DNA of 64,000 nt from Planctomycetaceae bacterium (GTDB taxonomy: Bacteria > Planctomycetota > Planctomycetia > Pirellulales > UBA1268), in contig SXWA01000078.1 in NCBI GenBank assembly GCA_005791575.1, positions 6,688-70,687 of the forward strand, written 5' to 3'. How positions within the stretch are numbered: the stretch's first letter is position 1; each line of letters opens with the position of its first letter. The notes under the pieces were generated by a model that was given only the letters and a program-made list of their open reading frames with translations, ran no database searches and was not told the origin of the DNA. The position numbers were made by a program, and so were the translations under genes. Below are positions 46,341-55,399 of this stretch, one piece after another.

Positions 46341-47468
46341 TCAGTCGGCGAGCGCCGCAACGACGAGGTCGCCGATCGCCCGGGTGCCGTGGCCCATCCG
46401 GCCGGCCGCCTGGCTGCTCATCTTCGTACCCGTCACCCGGGCCACCGCCCGATCGATGCGGGCGCCGGCCTGCGGATGCCCCGTGTGCTCGAGGAGCATT
46501 GCCATCGCGTTGATGGCGGCGATGGGGTTGATCTGGTCGGTGCCGGTGTACTTGGGCGCGCTGCCCCCCATCGGCTCGAACATGCTCACACCACCGGGGT
46601 CGGGATTGAGGTTCGCACCGGCCGCCACCCCCATGCCACCCTGAAGGATGCCACCGAGGTCGGTGATGATGTCGCCGAACATGTTCGTGGTCACGATCAC
46701 GTCGTACGCATCGGGGTTCTTCACCATCCACATGCAGCAGGCATCGACGTGGTTGTAGTCGGTCTTCACGTCGGGATACTCCTTCGCCACATCCTGGAAC
46801 GTCCGCCACCAGAGGTCGTGGCCGAAGGTGAGGACATTGGTCTTCGCGACCAACGTGAGCGTCTTCTTCAGGCTGTTCCGTCGGCGCGTGTAGTCGAACG
46901 CCCAGCGGATGCAGCGCTCGCAGCCCTTGCGGGTGTAGACGGCCTGTTGGACCGCGACCTCGTCCGGTGTGCCCTTCTTCAGGTATCCGCCCACGCCGCA
47001 GTACAAATCCTCCGTGTTCTCCCGGACGACGACGAAGTCGATGTCGGCCGGGCCGCGCCCGGCCAGCGGCGTCTCCACGCCGGGCAGCAGTTTCACCGGC
47101 CTGAGGTTGATGTATTGGTCGAGTTGAAACCGCAAGTCGAGGAGGAGGCCCTTCTCGAGGATGCCGGGAGCCACCTGGGGATGCCCGATCGCCCCGAGCA
47201 GGATCGCATCCTTCGTCCGCAGCAGGTCGAGTCCCCCCGGGGGAATCGTCTCGCCGGTGCGCAGATACCGCTCGCCGCCCCAATCGAGCGTCTCCAGCTC
47301 GTAGCGGATCCCTTCGCTGCCGGCGACAGCCGCCAGCACCTTGAGGGCCTCCGCAGTGACCTCGGGGCCGGTGCCGTCACCAGGAATCACCGCGATGGAG
47401 AGGGGAACGTTCGGGGAGCGACGCCTGGCTGGGGCGGGGGCGGACATGGTTGGCTTTCGGAGGGACAC
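46341..47468 (-). CDS. Isopropylmalate/tartrate/isocitrate dehydrogenase-family enzyme (LeuB/TtuC-like)
   Basis: The 375-aa ORF has [29 protein letters not shown] and [12 protein letters not shown]. The exact substrate cannot be assigned from sequence reading alone. Confidence 0.88.
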   Translation of the reverse strand: MSLRKPTMSAPAPARRRSPNVPLSIAVIPGDGTGPEVTAEALKVLAAVAGSEGIRYELETLDWGGERYLRTGETIPPGGLDLLRTKDAILLGAIGHPQVAPGILEKGLLLDLRFQLDQYINLRPVKLLPGVETPLAGRGPADIDFVVVRENTEDLYCGVGGYLKKGTPDEVAVQQAVYTRKGCERCIRWAFDYTRRRNSLKKTLTLVAKTNVLTFGHDLWWRTFQDVAKEYPDVKTDYNHVDACCMWMVKNPDAYDVIVTTNMFGDIITDLGGILQGGMGVAAGANLNPDPGGVSMFEPMGGSAPKYTGTDQINPIAAINAMAMLLEHTGHPQAGARIDRAVARVTGTKMSSQAAGRMGHGTRAIGDLVVAALAD

Positions 47469-47588
47469 CGGAAGGGACTGCCACGGCGAAGGCGGACCCT
47501 CGATGGGCCCGCTCAGCCAGACCGATGGGTCAGGCCTGATGCCCGGAGACCGTCGCGATCGGCAGCGGACAATGGATCGCGACAGGGG

Positions 47589-47888
47589 TCAGTTGGGGCT
47601 GAAGTCCAACTGTTTGACGAGTGCCATGCCGAGCGGATTTCGCAGAAAACGTTCGCGGCAGGCGTCGCAGAGATCGAAGCGGAGAAGACGGCTTGGTTCG
47701 TCGAGCGACTCGGCATCCGCAGCCTCCTCTTCAAGGAGCCCCTGCATCTCCTCGAGGTGGTCGGCGTCGTGACAGCATTCGGGTCCCAGGTCATCGACCG
47801 CGGGGAAGATCTCGATCTTCAACACGTGATGGACGTCGTTCTGCGGATGGATCGGGCGTTTGCACGCATCGCACGAGTAGTGAACCAT
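47589..47888 (-). CDS. Small zinc-ribbon-like protein (two CxxC pairs)
   Basis: The internal ATG at 47888 gives 99 aa: MVHYSCDACKRPI...RFDLCDACRERF, with an acidic central stretch. Confidence 0.6.
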   Translation of the reverse strand: MVHYSCDACKRPIHPQNDVHHVLKIEIFPAVDDLGPECCHDADHLEEMQGLLEEEAADAESLDEPSRLLRFDLCDACRERFLRNPLGMALVKQLDFSPN

Positions 47889-48279
47889 GACGGCCCCTGA
47901 GGTCGAAGATCCGTGAGGTCGGACGAATGAACCGGTCCGGGCGGAAAGCGATGAATGGTCCCACGGGAACGAGAGACGCCGCGGCCAACGGCGGCGCACG
48001 ACCGGAAACAGGTCGGGTCACCACCTGACCCAGAGTGTGCCCGTGGTCTCCAGGGAAGGCAAGCGTCTTTTCGACCCGTCCACCGGTTTGGCAGCCCTTC
48101 CACCTGCAGACTACACTCGACGATCCGTGTTCCACGGTGAACCATGATCGACGGCTGTTCGACGCTCGTGGGCCGAGCCGGCGCGGCCATGGCCGGCAGG
48201 GAACCAAAGCGGGCAGCATGACCACGGGGGGCAGCGGGTGCCGACAGCGCCGGTGCCCTTCGATCAGACGGGAACAGGC

Positions 48280-48320
48280 CAGTTCAGGCGGTATCAGTTC
48301 AGGCGGTATCAGTTCAGGCA
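48280..48320. repeat. 15-bp tandem repeat, about 2.7 copies, just upstream of the HNH gene start
   Basis: CAGTTCAGGCGGTAT occurs twice and is followed by CAGTTCAGGCA. The array ends 27 nt before the ATG at 48347. Confidence 0.85.
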
Positions 48321-48346
48321 GGGACACTTCCGGAAGGGGTGGTGCC

Positions 48347-49015
48347 ATGAACGCGATCCAAGTGGGTGGCGTGGCCGGCGCGATGCCCGTGACGGTTCCC
48401 AGCACGCTCGGCCTGAGTGTGCTGGTGCTCAATCGTTCGTTCGTGGCGGTGCACGTCACCAACGTGCGCAGGGCGGTGACGCTCCTCTTCCGTCGTTTGG
48501 CGGAGGTGGTGCACATCGACGAGGGGCAGTTCGCGGCCCATTCGCTCGAATCCTGGCGCGAATTGTCGGCCATGCAGGCGGCATTCCGCACGGCTGACCA
48601 GGATTGGATCCACGCCGTCGGCTACGAATTGCAGGCTCCCCGGGTCATTCGTCTGGTGGCCTGCGACAGGGGGCCGCGTCCCGGGATCCGCTTCAACAGG
48701 CGCAACGTCTTCGCCCGTGACGGCAATCAATGCCAGTACTGCGGGCGGCATTTTCCCACCAGCGAACTCTCACTCGACCATGTCGTGCCGCGAAGCCGTG
48801 GCGGGATGACGAGTTGGGAAAACATCGTCTGCGCGTGCGTGGCCTGCAATGTCCGTAAGGGTGGGCGGACGCCGCACGAGGCGCGGATGCAACTCATCCG
48901 CCACCCGCTCAAACCGAAGCGGAGCCCGCTGCTGTCGATGAAACTCGGCAACCCGAAATACGAGAGTTGGAAGAGCTTTGTTGACAGCGCGTATTGGCTT
49001 GTGGATCTGCGCTGA
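48347..49015 (+). CDS. HNH endonuclease-family protein
   Basis: The ATG at 48347 gives 222 aa. The HNH core reads RDGNQCQYCGRHFPTSELSLDHVVPRSRGGMTSWENIVCACVACNVRKGGRTP. Confidence 0.85.
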   Translation: MNAIQVGGVAGAMPVTVPSTLGLSVLVLNRSFVAVHVTNVRRAVTLLFRRLAEVVHIDEGQFAAHSLESWRELSAMQAAFRTADQDWIHAVGYELQAPRVIRLVACDRGPRPGIRFNRRNVFARDGNQCQYCGRHFPTSELSLDHVVPRSRGGMTSWENIVCACVACNVRKGGRTPHEARMQLIRHPLKPKRSPLLSMKLGNPKYESWKSFVDSAYWLVDLR

Positions 49016-49172
49016 GGAAGTGTCGCGCCCCGGGTGCAGTGCTGGATGATCAGCGCGTATTGGCTTGTGGATCTGCGCTGAGGAAGTGTCGCGCCCCGGG
49101 TGCAGTGCTGGATGATCAGCGCGTATTGGCTTGTGGATCTGCGCTGAGGAAGTGTCGCGCCCCGGGTGCAGT
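48986..49172. repeat. 66-bp tandem repeat, about 2.8 copies, beginning inside the HNH gene 3' end
   Basis: Unit starts are at 48986, 49052 and 49118. Each unit carries AGCGCGTATTGGCTTGTGGATCTGCGCTGA (SAYWLVDLR plus stop) and 36 further nt. Copies 1 and 2 are identical as far as I can read. Confidence 0.95.
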
Positions 49173-49238
49173 CCAACCAGCCGGGCACCAGCCGCACGCC
49201 CCGGCGTCAACAAACGGCGCAACCAGAGGCACCCAACC

Positions 49239-49267
49239 GGAACCGCTCAGCAGAGCGGTTCCTTTTT
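49239..49267 (+). terminator. Intrinsic (rho-independent-type) terminator for + strand transcripts, embedded in the fdxA 3' end
   Basis: GGAACCGCTC-agca-GAGCGGTTCC forms a perfect 10-bp stem with a 4-nt loop and is followed by TTTTT (49263-49267). The fdxA stop codon lies at the junction of the left arm and the loop. Confidence 0.7.
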
Positions 49268-49519
49268 CTCGGTGATGACCGGGCACTGGGTCGCCATCTC
49301 GGCATTGAGCGGCTTGAAGTCTTTCCAGTCGGCCGGCAGGTTGTCCTCGTGGAAAATCGCTTCCACAGGGCATTCCGGCACGCACGCCTCGCAGTCGATG
49401 CACTCGTCGGGGTGGATGTAGACCATCTTGTCACCCTCGTAGAAGCACTCCACCGGGCAGACGACCACGCAATCGGTGTATTTGCAGGCGAAGCAGGGCT
49501 CGGCGACGACGTGGGTCAT
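49247..49519 (-). CDS. fdxA: 7Fe-type ferredoxin ([3Fe-4S][4Fe-4S])
   Basis: The 90-aa ORF has [18 protein letters not shown] and [12 protein letters not shown], the Azotobacter-type FdxA cysteine pattern. Confidence 0.93.
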   Translation of the reverse strand: MTHVVAEPCFACKYTDCVVVCPVECFYEGDKMVYIHPDECIDCEACVPECPVEAIFHEDNLPADWKDFKPLNAEMATQCPVITEKKEPLC

Positions 49520-49685
49520 GTCCTGATGACTCCTGGCGACTGGGCAGACCGTAACGATTGCGCGGAATCCTAGGTGGGCCCCGCACCGCTGTCAACGAAT
49601 CCAGCCATCGGCTTTTTCGCAGCCCGTCCGTGAGCAGGATCGGTCGTTCAGGGTGGGACCAAACCAGGGGGGCATGCCCCGGGGC

Positions 49686-49727
49686 GGGCAGTCCAGAGGA
49701 CAGCGCGGGCAGTCCAGAGGACAGCGC
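49686..49727. repeat. 21-bp tandem duplication in the fdxA/ECF-sigma divergent intergenic region
   Basis: GGGCAGTCCAGAGGACAGCGC occurs twice, back to back. Confidence 0.85.
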
Positions 49728-49914
49728 GGGGGGGCCGCCGCCGTCGGTGCCGCGACCACGCCGCGGCAACGGCGGAGAACGTGGCGGAAAAACGCCCCTC
49801 CGCGCTGCCGGTGGGCCGAAAAACATAGGCCGGGTGTTTTGCTCGGGCCTGATAGGATTGCCCCGGGCGGTGGGCGACCGCTGCAACGCGCCCGATCAGT
49901 CCGTGGGGTGTGCC

Positions 49915-50541
49915 ATGGCGGGAGCCGCCGACAGGGTCGGCACCAGCGATTCTGAACCCGGGGATTCCGACCGCACCGCCGCCGCCGTCTCGCCCGAGGA
50001 TGCGGCGCTCGTAAACGCCTGCATCGCGGGGGCACCGGGGGCCTGGGATGCGTTCGTCGCCCAATTCGCCGGGTTGTTGGCCCATGTGGCCGACCGATCG
50101 GCCCGGCAGCGTGGACTCCCCCTGTCGGTGGGCGATCGCGATGACATCGTCGCCGAGGTCCTCCTGCAGCTGCTCCGCGACGACGCGGCGGCGCTACGGG
50201 CGTTTGCAGGACGTTCGAGTCTGGCGACCTACCTGACGGTCATTGCCCGACGGGTGGCGGTGCGGCAGCTGTGCCGGCGGAGCGAGGCGGCGCCGGGAGC
50301 GGTCGACGCCACCCATGATCCGCGGCCCGCGGTCCGCGACCGTGAAGAGGTCGAGGCCCTGCTCGGCCACCTCGATGCCGACGAGGCGCGCCTCGTGCGC
50401 CTGCACCATCTCGAGGCCCGGAGCTACGGCGAGATCAGCCGGCTCACGGGGCTGCCGCTCGGCTCGATCGGCCCGGCGTTGTCGCGGGCGCGGGAAAAGA
50501 TGCGTGCGGCGGCGCCCGAAGATCAGTCGCCGAGCAGGTGA
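49915..50541 (+). CDS. ECF-type sigma-70 family factor
   Basis: The ATG at 49915 gives 208 aa. A region-2-like block (DDIVAEVLLQLLRD....SLATYLTVIARRVA) and a region-4 helix-turn-helix (SYGEISRLTGLPLGSIGPALSRAREKM) are present. No adjacent anti-sigma gene is evident. Confidence 0.8.
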   Translation: MAGAADRVGTSDSEPGDSDRTAAAVSPEDAALVNACIAGAPGAWDAFVAQFAGLLAHVADRSARQRGLPLSVGDRDDIVAEVLLQLLRDDAAALRAFAGRSSLATYLTVIARRVAVRQLCRRSEAAPGAVDATHDPRPAVRDREEVEALLGHLDADEARLVRLHHLEARSYGEISRLTGLPLGSIGPALSRAREKMRAAAPEDQSPSR

Positions 50542-52472
50542 CGCTCCACGAACAGGACCGTGGCCCAAAACTGGTAGTCGGCGTTGGCCTTCTTGCGGAA
50601 GCCGTGCCCCTCGTCGGCGGCCACCATGTACCACAACGGCGTGCCGTTGCCCCGGACCTTGGCCACCATCTGATCGGCCTCGCTGCGCGGCACCCGCGGG
50701 TCGTTGCCCCCCTGCACCACGAACAGCGGCTTCGTGATCCGCCCGGCATTGTTGAGCGGCGCGATCGACTCGAAGAACGCGGCCAGCGCCGGATCGCGCT
50801 CGTCGCCGTATTCCACCCGCCGCAGATCGCGACGGTAGCTCTCGGTGTTCTTGAGGAACGTACCGAAGTGCGAGATGCCGACGACGTCGAGGCCGCAGCG
50901 GATGCGGTCGGCTTCCGCCACCGACACCGCGAGCGTCATGAAGCCGCCGTAGCTGCCCCCCGTCACCATCACGCGCGAGGCGTCGAGATCGGGTTGGCGG
51001 GAGACCCAGTCGAGGAGCGCGGAGATGTCGCGGACACTCGCCATCCGTTCGAGGCCGTTGTCGAGCTTGAGGAACGTCTTGCCGAATCCACTCGAGCCGC
51101 GGACGTTGGGGTAGATGAGCGCGAGGCCGAGTTCGTCGAGGAGGAAATTGCTGCGGCCGAGGAACACCGGCCGTGACTGCCCCTCCGGGCCGCCGTGGAT
51201 CACGATCACCACCGGCCGCGGCCCAGCGAAGCGGCGCGGCGGCCGGTAGAGAAAGCCGCTGATCTCGCGGTCGTCGAACGAACGCCAGCGGATCGATTCG
51301 GCCTCGGGGAGCGTGGCAGCGACGAGACCGCCCGTTTCGCTCTCCGTCCAGCGCGTCGCCATCCCGGTCGCGGCGTCCACCGACCAGGCGTCGGCCGGGC
51401 TGCGCGCCGACTCGATCGACACGCCGAACTCCCCCCCCGCCCGTCGCCATGGCCCGAGCCGCATCACCCCCGCCGGCAGCCCCGGCACGGGCCGATGCTT
51501 GCCAGCGCCCAGATCGAGGAGCCGCAGCACGGAGGCCCCGGCCTCGTTGGCGGTGAAGGCGACGGTGCCGCCGTCAGGGGAGGGTTCGAAGTCCTCGATG
51601 TCCCAGGGGATGTCGCCGACGACGGTGCGCTGCTCCCCGCTGGCGAGGTCGATGCGGCACAACTGGAGGAACTCACCGTCGCGGTCCGAGGTCACGAGCA
51701 GGGAGCGGCCATCGGCGGCGAACCGGGCCTTGCCGTGGGCCACGTCACCGGCATCGGCGGTGATCCGGCGGCGCTGGCCGGTCTGCAGGTCGAGGAGGTG
51801 GAGGTGGGAACGGTTGATCGACAGGTACTCCCGGAGGACGAGCTGGCGGTCGTCGGGCGACCAGTCCTCGACCGACCATCCGCCGCCGGGGAGCTCCGCC
51901 GCCATCCGGTCGGTGGCGCGGTCGGAGGGATCCATCACCCAGACGTCGCGGTCGGCCCCGTTGCGACGGGTCGAGGTGTAGGCAAAGCGGTCGCCCGCGC
52001 GGTTCCACACCAGGCCGCCATTCTGGGCGCGGGCCCCGTCGGTGAGCGGCTCGATCCGACCGTCGGCGAGATCGAGCCGGTGCAGGTGGGTGAACTCGTT
52101 GCCACCGGTGTCGCGGGTGAAGACCACGAAGCGGCCCCCGCGCGGGTCGTAGGTGGCAGCCGCCACCGGCTCCGTGCCGAAGGTGAGCTGTGCCCTCGCC
52201 GCGCCCGGTGCCTTCACGCGGTGGATCTGCGCCGTGTCGCCGAACCGGGTGGTGACGAGGATCTGCCGCTCCGTCGGATGCCAGTCCTGCAGTGCGGCGG
52301 CACGGAACTCCGTGAAGCGCCGCGCCTGCTCCGCGATGCGCCGTGGCACCGGCGGCAGGCCGTCGAGGCTGATCGCCTCCGGCGGGGCGACAGCAGCCTC
52401 GTCGGCGGGCGCGACCGGGAGGGCGACAAGCGCGGCGGAGAGCCAGACGACGGCTGCGGATGCGCGGGGCAC
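50523..52472 (-). CDS. S9-family serine peptidase (prolyl oligopeptidase/acylaminoacyl-peptidase type) with an N-terminal beta-propeller
   Basis: The probable GTG start at 52472 is preceded by GGAGG and gives a signal peptide (PRASAAVVWLSAALVALPVAPA). Propeller repeats are present (WSPDDRQL.., PSPDGGTVAF). The catalytic motifs GGSYGGFM, GGNDPRV and EGHGF are all present. Confidence 0.9.
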   Translation of the reverse strand: MPRASAAVVWLSAALVALPVAPADEAAVAPPEAISLDGLPPVPRRIAEQARRFTEFRAAALQDWHPTERQILVTTRFGDTAQIHRVKAPGAARAQLTFGTEPVAAATYDPRGGRFVVFTRDTGGNEFTHLHRLDLADGRIEPLTDGARAQNGGLVWNRAGDRFAYTSTRRNGADRDVWVMDPSDRATDRMAAELPGGGWSVEDWSPDDRQLVLREYLSINRSHLHLLDLQTGQRRRITADAGDVAHGKARFAADGRSLLVTSDRDGEFLQLCRIDLASGEQRTVVGDIPWDIEDFEPSPDGGTVAFTANEAGASVLRLLDLGAGKHRPVPGLPAGVMRLGPWRRAGGEFGVSIESARSPADAWSVDAATGMATRWTESETGGLVAATLPEAESIRWRSFDDREISGFLYRPPRRFAGPRPVVIVIHGGPEGQSRPVFLGRSNFLLDELGLALIYPNVRGSSGFGKTFLKLDNGLERMASVRDISALLDWVSRQPDLDASRVMVTGGSYGGFMTLAVSVAEADRIRCGLDVVGISHFGTFLKNTESYRRDLRRVEYGDERDPALAAFFESIAPLNNAGRITKPLFVVQGGNDPRVPRSEADQMVAKVRGNGTPLWYMVAADEGHGFRKKANADYQFWATVLFVERHLLGD

Positions 52473-52597
52473 GGGGCACCTCCGGACGGGGAATCGGGCC
52501 GTGATCGACCGCCAGAGCGTGTCACGGCGACGCCGCCTTGGAAAGGGGCTGTCGGCGCCGCGGCGCTTTTGCCGGTCCGGTCGGTATTCCGGTCCGG

Positions 52598-53500
52598 TCA
52601 GCGGCCGCCGGCAGGGGTGAGCACGACCGACGGGTCGGAGAGGTCCACCGGCTGGAAGCCGGCGTAGGCGGGCATCTGCCAGAGCTGGCCCGGATCGGCC
52701 ACCGGCAGGTTGGTGGAGATGCTGGTGAGTTCCAGCTGGAACTCGAGCTGCGATGTCGGCCACTGCACCTCGACGAGATGGGGCAGCGCCGCTCCCGACT
52801 GGGGGTCCACACGGTGCCGGCTCGTCCGCACGCTCGCCAGCCGCGCGCCCGCCGCCGTGTAAAGGTGCTGCTCGACGACGAGGCCGGTCGTACCGTCGAC
52901 GATCGTCGACTTGAGCCGCTCGCCGTCGGGCGCCGGGATCCGGGTGCGGATCTCGAGGCGGCCATCGGCCAGCGGCACCGGGCCCTCGTGGCGGTCCTCG
53001 GGCCGGAACGTGACCAGACCGAGCAACTCCGGCATCCATTCGGCCTTCAGTGGCACGAGCGCCCGGGCGGCCGAGCGCTCGAACGCGTCGTGCCGGCAGT
53101 AGAGCATCACCGGCGGCTCGTGACGCCGGATCCAGAGCCAGAACAGATCGTCGTTGCTCCCCAGGTCGAGTTCGCCGCCGGTGACGGACGTCTGGGCACG
53201 GAGCCGGAAGCGGCGCGGGGGCTCACAGGCCACCTGGGCGGAAAGCCGTGGCACACCCGGCACGGAGAGGACGGCCTGCGGCACCATCAGGCTCCGCACG
53301 CGCTGCGTGTTGTCGTGGACGGTGGCCATCACCTGCTCGAGCGTGGGCTGCGGCGGCAGCGTGCGCGGCAGCGGCATCGTGCCCACCTGGTAGCCGCGGA
53401 TCAGCCGCGGGCAGGAGGCGCCGGTCGAGGCCACGGCCGCCGCCGCCAGCAGGAGCGCGGTGATGCGGAGCGGGGATGGACGGCGCGGGGGGGTCGTCAT
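52598..53500 (-). CDS. Hypothetical lipoprotein, LolA/LolB-like fold suspected
   Basis: The ATG at 53500 overlaps the upstream stop (ATGA). It has a lipobox-like LLLAAAAVASTGASC. The pattern RFRLRAQTSVTGGELDLGSNDDLFWLW resembles LolA/LolB/DUF4292-type proteins, but this assignment is weak. Confidence 0.6.
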   Translation of the reverse strand: MTTPPRRPSPLRITALLLAAAAVASTGASCPRLIRGYQVGTMPLPRTLPPQPTLEQVMATVHDNTQRVRSLMVPQAVLSVPGVPRLSAQVACEPPRRFRLRAQTSVTGGELDLGSNDDLFWLWIRRHEPPVMLYCRHDAFERSAARALVPLKAEWMPELLGLVTFRPEDRHEGPVPLADGRLEIRTRIPAPDGERLKSTIVDGTTGLVVEQHLYTAAGARLASVRTSRHRVDPQSGAALPHLVEVQWPTSQLEFQLELTSISTNLPVADPGQLWQMPAYAGFQPVDLSDPSVVLTPAGGR

Positions 53501-53982
53501 GCCGCCTCCGCGGGCCAGAGGAGTGCCGCCAAGCGCGATTCGAGCCCGGGGTCGACGAGCCGATCGGGTTGCACGGCCGCCACCGTGTAGGTGCTGTCGC
53601 GCCTCCGGCAGGTGAGCTGCAACGGTCCGGGAGCTGGCGCCGGGCCCGCTGCTTCGACCACGCGGAGCACCCGGCGACGGACCAGCTCCAGCGCCAGCAG
53701 ATAGCGCAGCGCCGCATCGTCGTCGCGGTCCTCGAGGCCCTCGAGCAGATCGAGCAGCACATCGACCGGCGCCACTTCCTCGCGCGCCGGACCCGGTGTG
53801 TGGGCCGCCCGCCACCAGGCAAGTGCCGACGGTGGAGGCCCGGTCCAGGCATCGGCCGCGACATCCTGGCGGCGGATCTGGCCCCCTTCGCGGAGCAGCG
53901 CCGAGTAGACCGTCTCGCCGGCGGCGAACGGTCGGCCGCTGATGGCACAGGTGGTGCGCGGACGTTCGATCTTGATGTCCAT
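53497..53982 (-). CDS. Conserved-looking hypothetical protein
   Basis: The internal ATG at 53982 gives 161 aa: MDIKIERPRTTCAISGRPFAAGETVYSALL... and ...DDAALRYLLALELVRRRVLRVV. I do not recognise a named family. Confidence 0.6.
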   Translation of the reverse strand: MDIKIERPRTTCAISGRPFAAGETVYSALLREGGQIRRQDVAADAWTGPPPSALAWWRAAHTPGPAREEVAPVDVLLDLLEGLEDRDDDAALRYLLALELVRRRVLRVVEAAGPAPAPGPLQLTCRRRDSTYTVAAVQPDRLVDPGLESRLAALLWPAEAA

Positions 53983-54082
53983 GCCGCGGAGATCCTGCCG
54001 GCCGGCTCGGGCGGGGCGGAGGATATACGGGGCCGACAGCGCCCGCCACAAGCCGCGTCGTGGGCTCGACCAGCGCGGGCCG

Positions 54083-54994
54083 TCAAGCCGGGGAGGATGG
54101 GGAGGGCTGGCCGTCGGCGAGGAGCAGGTCGGCGACGTCGGCGAGACCACCGCAATCGCTCGTCGCCACCACGCGATCGGCGGCCGCCCGCACCTCCGGT
54201 GTGGCGTTGCCCATCGCGATCCCCAGTCCGGCGCCGCGGATCATCGGCAGATCGTTGACGTCGTCCCCCACGGCGCAGATCGCGGCGGCGGGGATCTCCA
54301 GCGCCTCCGCCAGCCGCAGTGCTCCCGACCATTTGGTGACCGCGGCGGGAGCGAACTCGCACATCCAATCGCGGTACCGCGGGCTGCGGATGGTGTGGAG
54401 GGAGAGTTGGCCGGGACAGGCTTCGTCGAGCGCCGTCTCGAGTTCGAGCATCGCCTCGCGGGGGCCCATCGCGAACCCCGCGAAGGCGTCCTCCGGCGGC
54501 ACCTCCACGAGATCGGCACGGAGGTCGGCAAGATGGCGGTTGCGCACCAGGTAGCTGTCGAGGCCGGCGGGATCGATCGTTCCCTCCGGCGGCAGGCGGC
54601 GGCAGTGGAAATCGTGGCCGGCGGCGAAGCTGTCGGTGTAGACCACCGGTTCGAGGCCACGCGCGGTGATCGTCGCGAGGACGTGACCGAGCACGCCGGT
54701 GGCGAACCGGGCGGCATACAGCGTGGCATGGTCCCGGGGGCGCTTCACCAATCCGCCCGAGGCGGTGACCAGCGGCTGGTCGATCCCCAGGCCCTGCGCC
54801 ACCGGAAGGACGTCGCGGTAGCGGCGTCCCGTGGCCAGCGCGACGGTGATCCCGGCGGCCCGGATGCGCGCCACGGCGGCGCGGGTCTCGGGGGGCACCT
54901 CGTGGCGGCTGTCGGTGAGTGTGCCGTCGACGTCGAGGACGAGCAGCCGGATCGTGGTCCGGAGCGGGGACGGCGGCGACTCACCTGGGAGCAT
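54083..54994 (-). CDS. HAD-superfamily hydrolase, Cof type
   Basis: The ATG at 54994 gives 303 aa. Motif I is LLVLDVDGTLTD. Motif II is ALATGR. The C-terminal motif is AVGDDVNDLPMIRGAGLGIAMGNA. Confidence 0.85.
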   Translation of the reverse strand: MLPGESPPSPLRTTIRLLVLDVDGTLTDSRHEVPPETRAAVARIRAAGITVALATGRRYRDVLPVAQGLGIDQPLVTASGGLVKRPRDHATLYAARFATGVLGHVLATITARGLEPVVYTDSFAAGHDFHCRRLPPEGTIDPAGLDSYLVRNRHLADLRADLVEVPPEDAFAGFAMGPREAMLELETALDEACPGQLSLHTIRSPRYRDWMCEFAPAAVTKWSGALRLAEALEIPAAAICAVGDDVNDLPMIRGAGLGIAMGNATPEVRAAADRVVATSDCGGLADVADLLLADGQPSPSSPA

Positions 54995-55012
54995 GATCGT
55001 GTATGGTACCCG

Positions 55013-55399
55013 ATGATGACCGACGACATCCCCTACACCACCGTGGCCCGAGCAGGTGACATCCCGGTAGGCGAGGGGCGCTGCTTCGAGGTGGGCGGTC
55101 GCCTCGTGGCGGTGTTCTTCGACGGCTCCGGCTACGCGGCGATCGACGACCTCTGCCCGCACATGGGGGCGGCGCTCTCCTCCGGACCGCTCCGCGACGG
55201 GATGGTGACCTGCCCCTGGCATGCCTGGCGGTTCCGTCTCTCCGACGGTGCCTGGTGCGACGATCCGCGGCTCAAGGCGGAGGTGTTCGCCGTGCGGGTG
55301 GTGGATGGCACGATCGAGGTGGCGGTGCCGTCACGGGCTCCTGCGTGTGGAGGGCCGTCCTCCGGCCCGTCGGTCAGTCCCGCACCACCTCGACCATGA
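55013..55399 (+). CDS. Small Rieske [2Fe-2S] protein (NirD-like)
   Basis: The ATG at 55013 gives 128 aa with CPHMGA....CPWHAWRF. The rest of the 485-aa track ORF is antisense junk. Confidence 0.85.
   Translation: MMTDDIPYTTVARAGDIPVGEGRCFEVGGRLVAVFFDGSGYAAIDDLCPHMGAALSSGPLRDGMVTCPWHAWRFRLSDGAWCDDPRLKAEVFAVRVVDGTIEVAVPSRAPACGGPSSGPSVSPAPPRP

Noticed and set aside
45127-47900. A 718-aa - strand ORF (45127-47283) and a 541-aa + strand ORF (46275-47900)
   Set aside because: They overlap the Gfo/Idh/MocA and IPMDH-family genes in the wrong frame or on the wrong strand. Their composition is Arg/Gly/Pro/His-rich, whereas the accepted genes carry clear family motifs.
48347-49172. The HNH endonuclease plus repeats as a mobile element or homing-endonuclease insertion
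   Set aside because: There is no intron or intein context, no transposase or integrase, no flanking inverted repeats and no GC-content shift. The repeat is reported as a finding, but calling it a mobile element is unsupported.
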